A stretch of DNA of 63,234 bases, counting the filler, from Basidiobolus ranarum (lineage: Eukaryota): NCBI GenBank assembly GCA_040143965.1. It is 13 parts of 13 records of this genome, joined end to end, with 100 filler letters (N's around TTAATTAATTAA, not from the genome) between each part and the next. Parts side by side here need not be neighbours in the genome. Positions count along the whole stretch, not along the records: positions 58,483 to 63,234 come from JASJQH010008717.1; 12 more parts are not named here. One strand, written 5' to 3'. The notes below the pieces were generated by a model that ran no database searches, was not told the DNA's origin, and saw only the letters and a list, made by a program, of their open reading frames with translations. A program made the position numbers and the translations under genes. Below, in pieces: positions 61,366 to 63,234 of this stretch (position 1 is its first letter; each line of letters begins with the position of its first letter).

Positions 61366-63234
61366 CTAACATCTTTCAAATATACGATAAAGTGCAGGCA
61401 AGTCTGCCACTTGAACTACGCAATTCCCTTCCGTAAGATTGGTAGGGGGAATGAAATGCCCTTTAATGGCTGGGAAGATTAAATGCTCAACTTCCCATCG
61501 ATAACGTTCTTTTCCCGCTTTATTTCTTTGCTTTTCCCCTTCAAGCAGAGCGGGTGGTTCTGTTGAGTAGAATATAGCGATTTCTCTGGCTAAAGAAGTG
61601 AAGCACCCTTTTTCAGTCTCCCAATCAACCTAAATCAATAAATATATATAAATATTTATATGGAAGAATGAATGTTTTCAATGCTTACCTCAGTCCCTAA
61701 ACGTAAAAAAAACATAGGAAGTTTATCAAGATTTGGTGCGTATCCTTTTATGATTAAAGGAAGTTTGGTCAACATCCCCTCTTCGTTAATATCCATCCCG
61801 AAGTATTCCAACAACATATCTCGTCTAGATACCAAAAGATCGACTATTGGCTAATAGAATATATAAGATATATCGTCAATCGGTATAGTATATAATTATC
61901 TGATGTGAAAGGATTGTACGTACATCTATAATCTCTTCATTAGGTTTGATATCCATTTCCAATCCATGCTTACGCTCCTCTTCTAAAGCAATGGTCAAGA
62001 GTTCTCCAATTGGTGCCGGAGATGAGAGTATGATACTCCCAAAATTACAGAATTCTTTTAAGATCAATTGGTAAAAGAGTTCTTCACTATTCCAATCAAT
62101 CAGTACAGGTGTTCACTTGATAAAAATCTCTTGATTCGTACCTTATCGTTTGATAATTTACGAGATAAAGTTTGGTTTGATGTTGAATCAAAGCCAGAGA
62201 ATCATCTACTACTCCGACAAAAGTATGATTCCCGAATAACTGAGTAAGACCTACGAAGAACTACTTTAAAAATTGTATAGAGAGTATTGACAGGTTAAGT
62301 ATATGTTTACCATGGTGGCTCTGCTCCTGAACCTCATTTTTAAGCTCAAGTACACTGGTTAAACGAACTTGAACTCGGACCCGTTTTGAACTTTCCAAGT
62401 CATTTTTGCTACTAGAATCCTCAGTACTATAGGAGTGAGTCGGCGTTTGATCTGATTTATCGAGTTCCATCATGCTAGGGCCCTCTTTCCTATATCGGAG
62501 GTAACGGTAGTATCAGTATTGACACCTATCATATAAAAATTCAATTCTTTAGATAACCTTTTCGATGAAGGTTCGTCATCCACCCTCAAGGATTTGGGTT
62601 TTGTTGGTGTTTGTGGCGAGGATGAAGTTTCATACGTTCCGGAAGTTCTAATCTTTTTCGAACCAGATTGTGATAAATCATAAAAGTGTTCAAGAGTGCG
62701 TGCACGACTATCAGTCCGAACCAACTTGTATTCGTGAACTTTGGCAGGGTTTGTGCCTGATAGTGAAGTTGATGTGAATTAGCTAAGGTTGATAAATCAA
62801 GGGAAACCAATTCTCAAACTTTTGGATGTCGATTGCTCCTGAGAATCGGAAGTTTTGATGGTTTGCAGTCCAACATCGCCATCATTTGTCAAGAGAGTCT
62901 AACAAGTAGAAATTAGATGTTAAGGCGGCATTTATAGGAAATAAACATATCTGGAAAGTAACCTGAGCGAGGAAGGTCCGAGATGTGTTGGCGTCCGTTA
63001 ACAGTGCTTGAAGAGCTTGCGCAATCTCCTCAACAACCTCATCCTCGTTCAGAAAATGAACCTAACAAATCGGGTGGTCAGTAGGAATGAATACTCTTCA
63101 AGTATGAAACTGGAAATACCTCGCGCTTTGTAGGATGTACATTGACATCTACGTTTAACGGCTTCATGTCAATACTAAGATATATAAAAGGATGGGTACT
63201 TTTAGGTAAGTATGTGCTATAAATATTCTCAACG
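61366..63234 (-). CDS. MLH1: DNA mismatch repair protein Mlh1, 3' part (multi-exon)
   Basis: [62 protein letters not shown]-terminal LYRIFERC*. Confidence 0.95.

Overview
AT-rich eukaryotic DNA with short GT-AG introns and CTAAC-type branch points. Gene content (animal-like 4E-BP, CP2/Grainyhead, AA11 LPMO, CBM19, Mpe1, Mlh1) points to a fungus, probably an early-diverging one (inference). The window is not a real locus. It is 13 contigs of about 4.8 kb, sorted by decreasing length and joined by artificial 100-bp N-TTAATTAATTAA-N spacers, so adjacency across gaps is meaningless. Genes: HMG-box protein, 4E-BP, a Kre9/Knh1-like secreted protein, a small PY-motif membrane protein missed by the ORF track, CP2/Grainyhead TF, CorA Mg transporter, GH17 fragment, 2OG-Fe(II) oxygenase, a Cys-repeat GPI protein, AA11 LPMO, CofD/UPF0052 protein, two tandem formate/nitrite transporters, MPE1/RBBP6, MLH1 and two chitin-binding C-termini. 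Pseudogenes: NmrA-like, sulfotransferase and possibly LRR. Much of the rest is decayed, CpG-depleted, nested transposons: Ty1/copia with a half-tRNAiMet PBS, Ty3/gypsy, a CACTA/CMC family with CCCTAACA ends, and several solo-LTR families. The most intriguing signal is a long, weak-donor, stop-free first intron of MPE1 carrying a poly(A) signal, a candidate autoregulatory circuit. No clearly new multi-gene system is demonstrable.
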